A stretch of 64,000 nt of DNA from Candidatus Bathyarchaeia archaeon. Lineage in GTDB: Archaea > Thermoproteota > CALKCG01 > B24. Below are positions 19,643-28,230 of this stretch, one piece after another. The stretch is from NCBI GenBank assembly GCA_038870975.1, contig JAVZJD010000002.1:512001-576000 (forward strand), in the 5' to 3' direction. Position 1 is the first letter of the stretch. Each line of letters opens with the position of its first letter. Position numbers and translations under genes: made by a program. The notes below the pieces were generated by a model. It saw nothing but the letters and a program-made list of their open reading frames with translations, had not been told where the DNA came from and made no database searches.

Positions 19643-19721
19643 TTCTCATCAGCCCGATGATTCAACCATTGAGAAAACTTCGCGAGAGAAAAACTTTTCT
19701 ATTAAAACCTCCACTGAGCAA

Positions 19722-20210
19722 TCAATCTTCACCTATGACGTCATCGTAAACTCCTTTATCCACCTCTTCTATGACTTCTTTGGGATGTTTACCATCTACT
19801 TTAACGCCCATACTTATGCAAGTACCTAAAACTTCCTTTATAGCACCCTTGAGGGTTCTTGCTAAACTCTTCGGCCTTCTAACTTTAGCTATTTTAACTA
19901 TAGAATTGAAGCTTAACTCACCAATAAATTCAGAACCCGTTTTACTCGAGCCTTTATCCAATTCCAGCTCTTTTAATACAAGAGCCGCGGTGGTGGGAAT
20001 GCCCACCTCGATTTCGAATGCTTTAGTTTCGATGTCAACTATGATCTTCACGGGAACTCTCATTCCAGCATACGCTTTCGTAGCTTCATTTATCTTATTG
20101 ACTATTGCTGGTACGTTTACTCCCAGAGGCCCTAAGGCGGGACCTATCGGTGGACCAGCTGTAGCTTCACCACCTTTGACAAGAATTTCTACTGTTTTCT
20201 TCTCGCCTAA
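19722..20210 (-). CDS. rpl11: 50S ribosomal protein uL11 (full length ~162 aa; expected start position is TTA)
   Basis: The frame extends 49 codons upstream of the track ORF: (L)GEKKTVEILVKGGEATAGPPIGPALGPLGVNV. No in-frame ATG/GTG/TTG covers the conserved N-terminus. Confidence 0.93.
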   Translation of the reverse strand, partial: LGEKKTVEILVKGGEATAGPPIGPALGPLGVNVPAIVNKINEATKAYAGMRVPVKIIVDIETKAFEIEVGIPTTAALVLKELELDKGSSKTGSEFIGELSFNSIVKIAKVRRPKSLARTLKGAIKEVLGTCISMGVKVDGKHPKEVIEEVDKGVYDDVIGED

Positions 20211-20212
20211 AG

Positions 20213-20680
20213 TTAAGCACCCCCCTCGATTTTCCTTAAATATTCGGCATATATAGTTATCGGGAATGGTGAGACAGATTCCAAAAGTTCTAATGTCACC
20301 TCACTTTTTTGTCTATCAACTGCTACAACTCTACCCTTCATAGACTTGAAAGGCCCTCCAATAATCTCTACAAGGTCCCCGGTTTTCAGAGACTCTATAA
20401 CAGGTTTTGCTGCCAAGTACTTATCTATCTCTGATGGATCTATAAAGCTTGAAACTCTCCCTCTAGAATGTTTAATACCCTGGAGGAGCTCATCCACTAG
20501 AGAAGGGTCTTCCGTTTCGACAAATATGTAGCCTTTCACATCTTTAACCCACATTATGGCTTTAATAACCGATGTGTATGGTTCACCTTTGGCTTTAACT
20601 CTTCGTTCAAACATCTCCAAAACCTGTTTCTCCTGACCTATCATCGTCTTGATGGCGTAAATTTTCGACTGTTTTTTCAT
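20213..20680 (-). CDS. spt5: Transcription elongation factor Spt5/NusG
   Basis: NGN domain (GQE, KGYIFVE) and KOW motif (GDLVEIIGGPFK). Confidence 0.95.
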   Translation of the reverse strand: MKKQSKIYAIKTMIGQEKQVLEMFERRVKAKGEPYTSVIKAIMWVKDVKGYIFVETEDPSLVDELLQGIKHSRGRVSSFIDPSEIDKYLAAKPVIESLKTGDLVEIIGGPFKSMKGRVVAVDRQKSEVTLELLESVSPFPITIYAEYLRKIEGGA

Positions 20681-20692
20681 AAAACAACCTCC

Positions 20693-20866
20693 TCAACCAA
20701 CAACCGCAAGTAGAGAAGCTATGAGACGAATGATAAACCCTATAATACCGATGGCACCTACGCTTATAACGGATATCTTTACAGATAGCCAAAATTCTCT
20801 TCTACTTGGTTTAACCGATAGCTTGAACATTCTCACACAGGATTTGACGAAAGAGACCAGACCCAT
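20693..20866 (-). CDS. secE: Protein translocase SecE/Sec61-gamma (57 aa)
   Basis: Below the track cutoff. Manual translation: MGLVSFVKSCVRMFKLSVKPSRREFWLSVKISVISVGAIGIIGFIIRLIASLLAVVG. Has KP..EF plus a TM helix and lies directly upstream of spt5. Confidence 0.9.
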   Translation of the reverse strand: MGLVSFVKSCVRMFKLSVKPSRREFWLSVKISVISVGAIGIIGFIIRLIASLLAVVG

Positions 20867-20961
20867 TAGATCAACACTTAGATCTAATTATTTAAAGATA
20901 AATGTTTCTAGACGATCCTTCCACCGACAAATATTCCGCTGGGCGCACAAGGGATGTCCTC

Positions 20962-21786
20962 TTAAACTCTAACTATGTCTAGGTCCATATTTTTCAAATA
21001 GTCGATTACCTCATGTCTGATGCCACCAGGAATCCCTTTCCAGTCTACTAAAGCACATTGAACCTTCTCGAGCGTTCTTTCAACACAAGCCTTGAGGACT
21101 TGCATATTTCTAACGTTTTCAAGAGAGTATTTGGAAACTATATGGGCTGGTGCTAAATCCATCCGTAGACCCACATTGGTGAACTTGGGATTGTAGTGTG
21201 GTCCACCTACGGCTAAGGCGGCTGGAAACCTTTGGAGAGATTGAACAGCCGCCATAGTGGCTTCAGCAATAACTTCACCAGCTTCGCTGTTCTCCCACTC
21301 TCTCTGAGTACTACCTATTTCTACGAACATTGAAGGAACATCGAGTGACGGACCGTGGTGTGTAGCTTCATAGGAGACTCTAAACTTAAGACCTTTTTCT
21401 TCGACGAGGTTATTCATTTCGATTAAAGCTGCCTTCATGGCATTAGCCGGTGCTATGGATAATTTATAAGGCAATCCACCGTATGTTTCAGGTCCTAAAT
21501 TCCCAGGTGCATGTACTGAGAGCGTAGCTATTCCGCTCGAACTCGCATGTTTAGATAGAAAGATCACGAGGCTTGGCTTGAAGTCGCGTTGGATGTATTG
21601 AGAATCAACGATATCTCCTTCGATAGAGGTCAACATAATAGTTTCGTTTTTAATTTCGAGCTTATAAATCGGCCTATTCTGATATGTAACTTCAGACCTT
21701 TTAAAACCATATCTACTTATAAGGTTATTTGCTATGTTAACACCAGCTTTATCAGAGACTGAGAAGACTATAAGCTTCAAAGTCAC
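20962..21786 (-). CDS. dtdA: D-aminoacyl-tRNA deacylase (DTD2)
   Basis: SKH, SVHAPGN, EATHHGPS, FVEIGS, GGPHY. Confidence 0.93.
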   Translation of the reverse strand: MTLKLIVFSVSDKAGVNIANNLISRYGFKRSEVTYQNRPIYKLEIKNETIMLTSIEGDIVDSQYIQRDFKPSLVIFLSKHASSSGIATLSVHAPGNLGPETYGGLPYKLSIAPANAMKAALIEMNNLVEEKGLKFRVSYEATHHGPSLDVPSMFVEIGSTQREWENSEAGEVIAEATMAAVQSLQRFPAALAVGGPHYNPKFTNVGLRMDLAPAHIVSKYSLENVRNMQVLKACVERTLEKVQCALVDWKGIPGGIRHEVIDYLKNMDLDIVRV

Positions 21787-21789
21787 CCT

Positions 21790-22740
21790 CTAGCTCAACA
21801 TGAGGTATAGTAGTGCTTTCTGAGAGTGAAGCCTATTTTCAGCCTGCTCCAAAACAACCGACCGGGGTGAATCTAAAACATCATCTGAAACTTCTTCGCC
21901 TCTCCTAGCTGGCAGACAGTGCATGAAAATTGCGTCTCTTCCAGCCATAGACATGAGCCTAGAGTTTACCTGATAATTAGGGAGGAAATCTCTAAGTCTC
22001 TTCTCCCTCTCAGCTTCAAAACCCATGGATACAAAGACGTCTGTATAAACGACGTCTGCGTTTTTAACCGCTTCTTCAGGACTGTTGAGGATTTCGATTT
22101 TCGCACCCGATTTCTCAGCGTTCCTGTAAGCCCATTCAATAGCCTCTTGCATGGGTTCATACCCCTTTGGACATGCAATTGAAATATTTACGCCGACTTT
22201 GCTACAGCCGATTAAAAGAGTATTACAAACGTTATTACCATCACCAACGTAAGCCAATTTTAGCCCTTTCAGAAAGCCTTTAACCTCTCTTATCGTGAGT
22301 ATATCCCCTAGTATTTGACATGGGTGCCATTTGTCAGATAAGCCGTTTATTACGGGTATGGGAGACCACTTTACGTATTCCTCTAAATCCGTGTGTTTTA
22401 AAACTCTAGCCATAACGGCGTCGACGTATCTCGCGAGAACTCTAGCTGTGTCTTTAATCGCTTCTCCTCTCCCCAGCTGTAGGTCATCCCACCTCAAGTA
22501 CATAGCGTAACCTCCCAGCTGACGCATTGCGACTTCAAATGACACTCTCGTTCTAGTCGATGGTTTCTGGAAAATCATCGCCAAAACCCTTCCCTCTAAT
22601 GATTTCGAATACGCTTGTGGAGTCCTTTTCATAGCTAATGCTACGTCTATTATCTGACGGATGTCATCAGCCTCTAATTCCTGAAGGGTTAGAAGGTGTT
22701 TTACTTTGAATGGCAAAAATACACCCGTCAGGTTTTTCAT
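21790..22740 (-). CDS. argF: Ornithine carbamoyltransferase
   Basis: STRTR, HPCQ, DVFVSMG, MHCLP, QAENR. Confidence 0.96.
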   Translation of the reverse strand: MKNLTGVFLPFKVKHLLTLQELEADDIRQIIDVALAMKRTPQAYSKSLEGRVLAMIFQKPSTRTRVSFEVAMRQLGGYAMYLRWDDLQLGRGEAIKDTARVLARYVDAVMARVLKHTDLEEYVKWSPIPVINGLSDKWHPCQILGDILTIREVKGFLKGLKLAYVGDGNNVCNTLLIGCSKVGVNISIACPKGYEPMQEAIEWAYRNAEKSGAKIEILNSPEEAVKNADVVYTDVFVSMGFEAEREKRLRDFLPNYQVNSRLMSMAGRDAIFMHCLPARRGEEVSDDVLDSPRSVVLEQAENRLHSQKALLYLMLS

Positions 22741-22770
22741 TAGCCTCTCTCTTAAACCTTTCCTCAGAAA

Positions 22771-23682
22771 CTACGATAGTATATCTTCAACGAACTTCTC
22801 TGGGTTAAATGGCTCTAAATCGTCTAGAGATTGACCAACTCCTACGTAGGCGATGGGTCTATTTATCAGTGAAGAAATCGATATAGCGGCTCCACCTTTG
22901 GCGTCAGCGTCCATCTTAGTAAGTATAACTAAGTCAATGTTTAAATACCTCATAAATTCTTCGGCTTGATTTACAGCATCATTACCAGTTAAAGAATCTC
23001 CTACGAATATTACAAGATCTGGCTTAGCTACTCTAGCTATCTTCTGCATTTCCTCCATAAGGTTTCTCTTAGTCTGCATTCGCCCAGCCGTGTCGATTAG
23101 AACAACATTTATGCCATGCGCTTTAGCATACTGTATTGCATCAAAAGCTACCGCAGCCGCATCGCTTTGATACTTCTGTTTTATAGCACGAATCCCAAGC
23201 TTATTTGCTAATATCTCAGCTTGTTCTATAGCTCCAGCTCTAAACGTGTCGCTACACGCTATGCAAACTGAAAATCCGTTTTTAAGTAGAAGCTTAGCGA
23301 CTTTAGCTACTGTTAAAGTTTTACCAGATCCGTTAACCCCCACGAAGAGTATGACGGCTGGTCTCCTTTCCGATAATTTGGACTTAACGGTTTCAATTAG
23401 ATCCTTCTGGCGATTTTTTGACAATTTTTCGAGGAGAATTTGTCTCAACGTACCTTTAACGGTAGGTCTAATGTCTTCAAATCTTTTAACTTTGACTCCT
23501 GAAAGTCTTTCAGCAACCTCTGAGCATATGCTTTCAGCTATACTATAAGCAACGTCGTTTTTTACAAGTTCAACCTTAAAGTCTTCCAGTAAGGGTTTGA
23601 TCTTCTCTGGGTTTAACTCCTCTAAGCTGATTTTCTCTAGGAATTGTGAGAAGGCTTTTCTAAGACTTTCTAGCAGAGCCAC
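22771..23682 (-). CDS. ftsY: SRP receptor FtsY
   Basis: GVNGSGKT, DTFRAGA, DTAGR, TKMDADAKGG. Confidence 0.96.
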   Translation of the reverse strand: MALLESLRKAFSQFLEKISLEELNPEKIKPLLEDFKVELVKNDVAYSIAESICSEVAERLSGVKVKRFEDIRPTVKGTLRQILLEKLSKNRQKDLIETVKSKLSERRPAVILFVGVNGSGKTLTVAKVAKLLLKNGFSVCIACSDTFRAGAIEQAEILANKLGIRAIKQKYQSDAAAVAFDAIQYAKAHGINVVLIDTAGRMQTKRNLMEEMQKIARVAKPDLVIFVGDSLTGNDAVNQAEEFMRYLNIDLVILTKMDADAKGGAAISISSLINRPIAYVGVGQSLDDLEPFNPEKFVEDILS

Positions 23683-24115
23683 CAGCCTCCCTACTCCTTA
23701 TCATTCGTTCAAGGCTGCCCCTGCTTTCTTCAAGCTTTTGGGAGGCTTGCACGAATTGTTGTTGAAGAGATGACTTAATTTGTTCAAGTTTAGCTATACG
23801 TTCGTTGACTATATCTATGGATTCTTTAATACTCTTCTCTATACATACATTTGCGCCGACACCTACAATAACCTTACTGACGTTTTCTATTTTAGCAAAT
23901 ACATACGAACCTGCTCCTATAGGGACAAGTATACTATCGCCTTCTTTAGCGGACTCTATGGCCTTTAAAGTTTCAAGAGCCATTCGAGATTCATTTAATG
24001 TTGCTTCTGTCATATCGAGCCTAGACTTAATAACGTTTAAAGTCGCCTCTAGAAGTTGGATTTCCGCGGCAAGCCTATTAATCTCCTCGTCTGAAGGGCT
24101 ACTCATAAATCCCAT
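23660..24115 (-). CDS. pfdA: Prefoldin alpha subunit
   Basis: Coiled coils flanking LVPIGAGSYV...VIVGVGANV; directly upstream of ftsY. Confidence 0.93.
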   Translation of the reverse strand: MGFMSSPSDEEINRLAAEIQLLEATLNVIKSRLDMTEATLNESRMALETLKAIESAKEGDSILVPIGAGSYVFAKIENVSKVIVGVGANVCIEKSIKESIDIVNERIAKLEQIKSSLQQQFVQASQKLEESRGSLERMIRSREAGGSARKS

Positions 24116-24311
24116 AATCCATACTCAAGGAGAAATATAAAACCTTTCATTTCCACTTTCGTATTTTGGCGTGAGAGATTTACAAATTTTTGAAAACTAC
24201 TTCGATAATACTTAGAGTCTGCGTTAAACCTCTCTTAATCTCCCATTAATGACTCGGAGCCTATTCACCATCTACTTAGGGATGGTTTGAGAATTTTCGT
24301 ATATGGTTATT

Positions 24312-25313
24312 CTAGATGTAATGTTGATTAATATTAAGAGAGAATGGCTTATGACACGCTACGAAGTGGTCTTCTGAAATTTTTATGAAATACGGCTTCT
24401 CGATTTCACACATTTTCTCTTTAAACGGACACCTCGTGTGGAATCTACATCCTGAGGGAGGATTTACAGGACTGGGCACTTCACCTTTTAAGTCTATACG
24501 TTTCCGTTTCACACTAGGATCTGGCACAGGTACAGCAGAGAGAAGAGCTATAGTATATGGATGACTTGGGTTTGAAAATATTTCTTTCTTCGAACCGAGT
24601 TCTACTATTCCTCCTAGATACATTATCGCCACTTTATCTGAAATGTATTTAGATACCGCTAGATCATGTGTTATAAATAGATATGTTAACTCTAGCTCTT
24701 CTTGCAGTTGCTTCATAAGCTCAAGTAGTTTAGACCTGAGAGAGACGTCTATCATCGAGATCGGTTCGTCTGCTACTATGAATTCTGGGTTCACTATTAT
24801 GGCTCTGGCTATGGCTGCTCTCTGTCTTTGCCCTCCACTAAGCTCATGAGGATAGGCATTATAAAATTTCTCAGGAGGCTCTAAGCCTACCTTCTTAAGT
24901 GTTTCAAAGACGATTCTTTTCTTCTCTTGCCCCTCTGCTATGCCGTGGATTTCAAGCGGATGCCCAACCGCATCGCCTATTTTCATACGGGGGTTTAATG
25001 ACGCATAGGGGTCTTGGAATATAATCTGCATAGTCTTCCTAAGCCTTCTAAGCTCTTCGCCTCTAAGGAATGTTATATCTCTCCCCTTAAAAATGATCGT
25101 ACCACTCGTGGGGTCGATCAAACGCAAAATAAGTCTTCCAGTTGTGGTTTTACCACACCCACTCTCACCCACTAAAGAAAATATCTCCTTCTTTTTTATC
25201 TCAAAGCTGACGCCGTCTACTGCTTTAATATAGTCAACTTTTCGGCTTAATACTCTTTCAAGGAGGCCCCTTTGTACCGGGAAATACTTTTTTAAGTCTT
25301 TTACTTGAATCAT
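24312..25313 (-). CDS. Peptide/oligosaccharide ABC transporter ATPase (DppF/OppF-like)
   Basis: GESGCGKT, LSGGQRQR, C-terminal GCRFHTRC Fe-S domain. Confidence 0.93.
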   Translation of the reverse strand: MIQVKDLKKYFPVQRGLLERVLSRKVDYIKAVDGVSFEIKKKEIFSLVGESGCGKTTTGRLILRLIDPTSGTIIFKGRDITFLRGEELRRLRKTMQIIFQDPYASLNPRMKIGDAVGHPLEIHGIAEGQEKKRIVFETLKKVGLEPPEKFYNAYPHELSGGQRQRAAIARAIIVNPEFIVADEPISMIDVSLRSKLLELMKQLQEELELTYLFITHDLAVSKYISDKVAIMYLGGIVELGSKKEIFSNPSHPYTIALLSAVPVPDPSVKRKRIDLKGEVPSPVNPPSGCRFHTRCPFKEKMCEIEKPYFIKISEDHFVACHKPFSLNINQHYI

Positions 25314-25335
25314 ACTCTTACATCCTTGGGCATTC

Positions 25336-26310
25336 CTACCTGAGATATTTAAAACACTTTACAAACCTTCTTCTTTCAAATTCTACAGTCTGCGGCTCTA
25401 CTTCACTACATCGATTTTCTGCATAGGGGCATCTTGTGTGGAATCTGCATCCTCGAGGCGGGTCGATTAGATTAGGAGGTGCACCAGCTATGTACTTCAG
25501 CTTCTTGTCTGAGAGTTGAATATTGGGTATAGATTCTAAAAGAGCTTCAGAATATGGATGTAGAGGCTTATTGAAAAACGAATTCACATCACTATATTCT
25601 ACAAGTTGACCTGCGTACATTACTGCTATTCTATCGGCCACCTCAGCGACAACGCTGACATCGTGCGTTATTAGAATTAGTCCCATGTTATACGTCTGTT
25701 TAAGCTTTCTCATAAGCTCTAAAATCTGATATTGGACTATTACGTCGAGCGCTGATGTGGGCTCATCGGCTATCACCAGGTCTGGCTTTAAAGCCAGTGC
25801 TAAAGCTATCATAACCCTCTGTCTCATCCCTCCACTCAACTGATGTGGGTAATCGTTAAACCTTTCAGGTAGTATTCCTACGTCTTCTAGAAGAAGACGG
25901 GCCCTTTCAATAGCCTCCTCACGGAGAATCTTTTCATGCGACATTATCGTTTCAACTATATGATCACCAACTTTCATCAGAGGGTTTAGCGATGTCATTG
26001 GGTCTTGGAAAATCATACTTATACGTCTTCCCCTGATTTTGCGCATTTCATTCTCACTTAACCTAGTAAGGTCCATCCCGTCGAATAGTACCCTTCCTTC
26101 CACAATTCTACCAGGTGGAGGGACTAATCTAAGTATGGATAGACCTAAGGTAGACTTACCCGATCCAGACTCCCCCACCAATCCTACGGTTTCCCCCTTA
26201 TCCATAATGAAGTTTACGCCGTCTACCGCTTTAACGACGCCTTCCTCTGTATAGAAGTAGACTTTCAGGTTTTCCAATGAAAGGAGGTTATTTCGATTCA
26301 TGGCGATCAT
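25336..26310 (-). CDS. Peptide/oligosaccharide ABC transporter ATPase (DppD/OppD-like)
   Basis: GESGSGKS, LSGGMRQR, GCRFHTRC. Confidence 0.93.
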   Translation of the reverse strand: MIAMNRNNLLSLENLKVYFYTEEGVVKAVDGVNFIMDKGETVGLVGESGSGKSTLGLSILRLVPPPGRIVEGRVLFDGMDLTRLSENEMRKIRGRRISMIFQDPMTSLNPLMKVGDHIVETIMSHEKILREEAIERARLLLEDVGILPERFNDYPHQLSGGMRQRVMIALALALKPDLVIADEPTSALDVIVQYQILELMRKLKQTYNMGLILITHDVSVVAEVADRIAVMYAGQLVEYSDVNSFFNKPLHPYSEALLESIPNIQLSDKKLKYIAGAPPNLIDPPRGCRFHTRCPYAENRCSEVEPQTVEFERRRFVKCFKYLR

Positions 26311-27173
26311 TTCCGGACCAACCTAGGGTTTAAGATTTCAGTAAGCCCTTCTCCGAAAAGACTGAAGCCAAGAGTCAATAAAACTATCATGAGACCGGGA
26401 AAAGTGCTCGGCCACCATATTTTTGACGTGAGGTAGGGATATCCCATTCTTAAATCAAAGCCCCAATCTGGCGTAGGGGCAGTTATGCCGAGTCCAATGA
26501 AGCTTAGAGCTGCCGCTGTAAGCACAGCGTCTGCAGCATTAAGTGATAAGACTATTGGCAGGGATGGAATGATATTTGGAAATATATACTTGAACATTAC
26601 CGTTCTATCCTTAGCACCTATCGCCTTAGCCGCTTCCACAAATAGGTTTTCCTTAACCGATAGCGTCTCTCCTCTGACCATTCTAAAGTATGTTGGTATG
26701 TATACTACGGTTAACGAGATCCCCATGGATATTTCACCTGGACCAAGCATGACAGCTAGAGCTATGGCTAAAACTAGACCTGGAAAAGCGTAAAGACTGT
26801 CCATAAAAAGTGAAATTATACTATCCAATTTACCCCCAGCATAACCTGATAGGAGTCCAATAGGGACGCCTACTAGAAAAGATAACACCATGGATATCAA
26901 TGTAACTCGTAAAACGATTCTCGTCCCGTATATTATTCTGCTTAAAATATCCCGTCCAAGGCCGTCCGTACCCATGGGAAACTTAAAGCTTGGACTTTCA
27001 AGGGGATCCCCAGCTTTCTTTATGGGATTGTAGGGTGCTATATAGGGCGCAAGTAGAGCCATTGAGATGAAAGATGCTATTATGATGAATCCTGCAAAGG
27101 TGAAGTAGTATTTTACCCCTTTCTTGAATTTGAGCCTTCTTAGAATGAATGAAATGATATTGGGGAATAGCAT
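26307..27173 (-). CDS. ABC transporter permease (DppC/OppC-like)
   Basis: GTDGLGRDILSR, EAA loop, LSFIGLG, WG motif. Confidence 0.92.
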   Translation of the reverse strand: MLFPNIISFILRRLKFKKGVKYYFTFAGFIIIASFISMALLAPYIAPYNPIKKAGDPLESPSFKFPMGTDGLGRDILSRIIYGTRIVLRVTLISMVLSFLVGVPIGLLSGYAGGKLDSIISLFMDSLYAFPGLVLAIALAVMLGPGEISMGISLTVVYIPTYFRMVRGETLSVKENLFVEAAKAIGAKDRTVMFKYIFPNIIPSLPIVLSLNAADAVLTAAALSFIGLGITAPTPDWGFDLRMGYPYLTSKIWWPSTFPGLMIVLLTLGFSLFGEGLTEILNPRLVRK

Positions 27174-27187
27174 ATTATCTTCACCCT

Positions 27188-28195
27188 TCAGTAACGGATT
27201 CTAGGGTCTATGTAGACATATATGATGTCCACTATTAGACTTACTAAGACCACTAGAATAGCGAAGAACACTATAGTCCCTTGGACCGTTGTAAAGTCTC
27301 TATATAAGATTCTTTCGGTGAGGAAGGTTCCCATACCAGGCCAGGAGAAAGTCGTCTCCGTTAGTATGGCACCCGCCAGTAGTGCTGCAAACTGTAGACC
27401 CATCATCGTCAGTATGGGGATGAATGCATTTTTCAACGCATGCTTATAGATTACTCGTCGTTCGGAAAGCCCTCTTGCCCTCGCAGCCAGTATATAGTCT
27501 CTTTGAAGCACATTCAACATATGGGCTCTCGTTAATCTTGTGAATATTCCTGAGAGGTAGAATCCTAGGGTTACTGTAGGTAGAATTAAATGCCTTACAG
27601 CACTTATTAGACTTGGTATGTTAAACGTTAGAAGACTATCTAAGACGTATAGTCCTGTTATCGTTTTAGGGGCCATAAGTGGATCTATCCGTCCGCTTGT
27701 CGGCAACCATCCCAAGTATACTCCGAAGATGAGTTGAAGGAATATACCCAGCCATGGTATGAAGATGGCATAGGTTACTATCCCATAGACTCTGAAGAAA
27801 TGGTCTATTAACTTGCCATATCTACAGGCTGAAAAAGTACCTGTTAGGATGCCGATAATCACTCCGAATAGAAAAGCTGAGATTGAAAGCTCTAAAGTAG
27901 CTGGGAAATGCTCCATGATTTCTTCTAATACGGGCCTTTGACCCCATATTAACGACCTACCTAAATCCAAGTGCAAAATCTTCCAGAGATAATCTAAAAA
28001 CTGGATGTGTAGAGGAGCATTAAGTCCCAATTTTTCCTTCATTTTTTCAATTTGCTCTTTAGGGGCATGAGCACCAAGCATAGCACTTACTGGGTCTCCC
28101 GCTACTCTCATTACTAAAAATACTACGGTCAAGAGAATTAGTATCATTGGAATTGCGAGTAGAACTCGTCTAGCAATATATACTCTTAAAGACAA
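27188..28195 (-). CDS. ABC transporter permease (DppB/OppB-like)
   Basis: YIARR, PATLEL, ARARGL, TETTFSWPGMG. Start moved to TTG 28195, which follows a GGAGG Shine-Dalgarno. Confidence 0.92.
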   Translation of the reverse strand: MSLRVYIARRVLLAIPMILILLTVVFLVMRVAGDPVSAMLGAHAPKEQIEKMKEKLGLNAPLHIQFLDYLWKILHLDLGRSLIWGQRPVLEEIMEHFPATLELSISAFLFGVIIGILTGTFSACRYGKLIDHFFRVYGIVTYAIFIPWLGIFLQLIFGVYLGWLPTSGRIDPLMAPKTITGLYVLDSLLTFNIPSLISAVRHLILPTVTLGFYLSGIFTRLTRAHMLNVLQRDYILAARARGLSERRVIYKHALKNAFIPILTMMGLQFAALLAGAILTETTFSWPGMGTFLTERILYRDFTTVQGTIVFFAILVVLVSLIVDIIYVYIDPRIRY

Positions 28196-28230
28196 GATAC
28201 CTCCTCCAAAAATAAAATTGGGAAATTGAT

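Noticed and set aside
24180-24300. Possible duplicated eL20 C-terminal remnant upstream of pfdA (EIKRGLTQTLSIIEV on the minus strand)
   Set aside because: The similarity is too short and weak to separate from chance.
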